DNA of 64,000 nt from Paraspadella gotoi (Eukaryota; Animalia; Chaetognatha), in assembly GCA_051294375.1 (NCBI GenBank), contig CM119263.1, positions 15,230,532 through 15,294,531 on the forward strand, read 5' to 3'. The notes beneath the pieces were generated by a model, which was not told the DNA's origin, did not search any database, and was given only the letters and a program-made list of their open reading frames with translations. Of this stretch, positions 63,557-64,000 are shown one piece after another (the stretch's first letter is position 1; every line of letters starts with the position of its first letter). The translations under genes and the position numbers were made by a program.

Positions 63557-64000
63557 ATGTCTAAGCTGAAACTTTACTACGACCTGATGTCACAACCGTG
63601 CCGCGCGATGTATATTTTTATGAAAACGGCTGCTGTACCATATGAGGATGTTGTTGTCGCCCTTCGAAAAAACGAACAAAATAAACCTGAATTTGGGGAG
63701 ATAAATCCTTTTCGCAAAGTTCCCGTTTTGGTGGACGAAAACGAGTCTGGAGAAAGAGTAATTATAAGGGAGAGTTGCGCCATGGCAAGGTAAACGTGTT
63801 AACTACGTTTTAATGTTAATCTTATATCCAAAATATACATAATCCTAAACTCACTCAGAATAAAAAAAAATTGGTTTTAAACCTAGTAATTTCATTAGTC
63901 ATCTTATTGTTTGAAATTAATATCATTTTCCGGTATATTTTAGGTACGTAAGTCACAAGTATCTTGGTTCGTCCTCTCATTGGTATCCTCAAGATTTTAA
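63557..64000 (+). CDS. glutathione S-transferase, theta class (5' part; runs off the window)
   Basis: Exons 63557-63789 and 63944-end. LYYDLMSQPCRAMYIF, INPFRKVPVL, RESCAMARY and HWYPQD motifs of theta-class GSTs. Confidence 0.92.

Overview
Eukaryotic (animal-like) genomic DNA with spliceosomal introns, mostly 58-90 nt, and three assembly gaps; the species cannot be identified from the window. There are two sharply different compartments. (1) About 1-44 kb is nearly gene-free and saturated with (GA)n/(TC)n, (GAC)n and purine/pyrimidine tracts; almost all ORFs listed there are microsatellite artefacts. It holds a TA-flanked MITE, a tRNA-derived SINE and one isolated minus-strand signal-peptide-like exon. 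(2) About 44.7-64 kb is extremely gene-dense. It holds an F-BAR/C1/RhoGAP gene (ARHGAP29/45/GMIP family), a minus-strand Ly6/quiver-like GPI-type gene missed by the ORF track, and six unrelated housekeeping genes on the + strand (DNAJA3, PFDN1, SMCO4, CCDC174, TRIP4, GST-theta). These six are separated by only 109-208 nt stop-to-start, and each is preceded by a splice-acceptor-like site, the layout of a trans-spliced eukaryotic operon. Every intron over ~280 nt in the cluster has an occupant: HINE/DINE-1-like elements, a four-exon antisense gene for a secreted protein, or a GC-rich structured RNA candidate. Exon models were built by hand and family assignments come from recalled motifs, not database searches.
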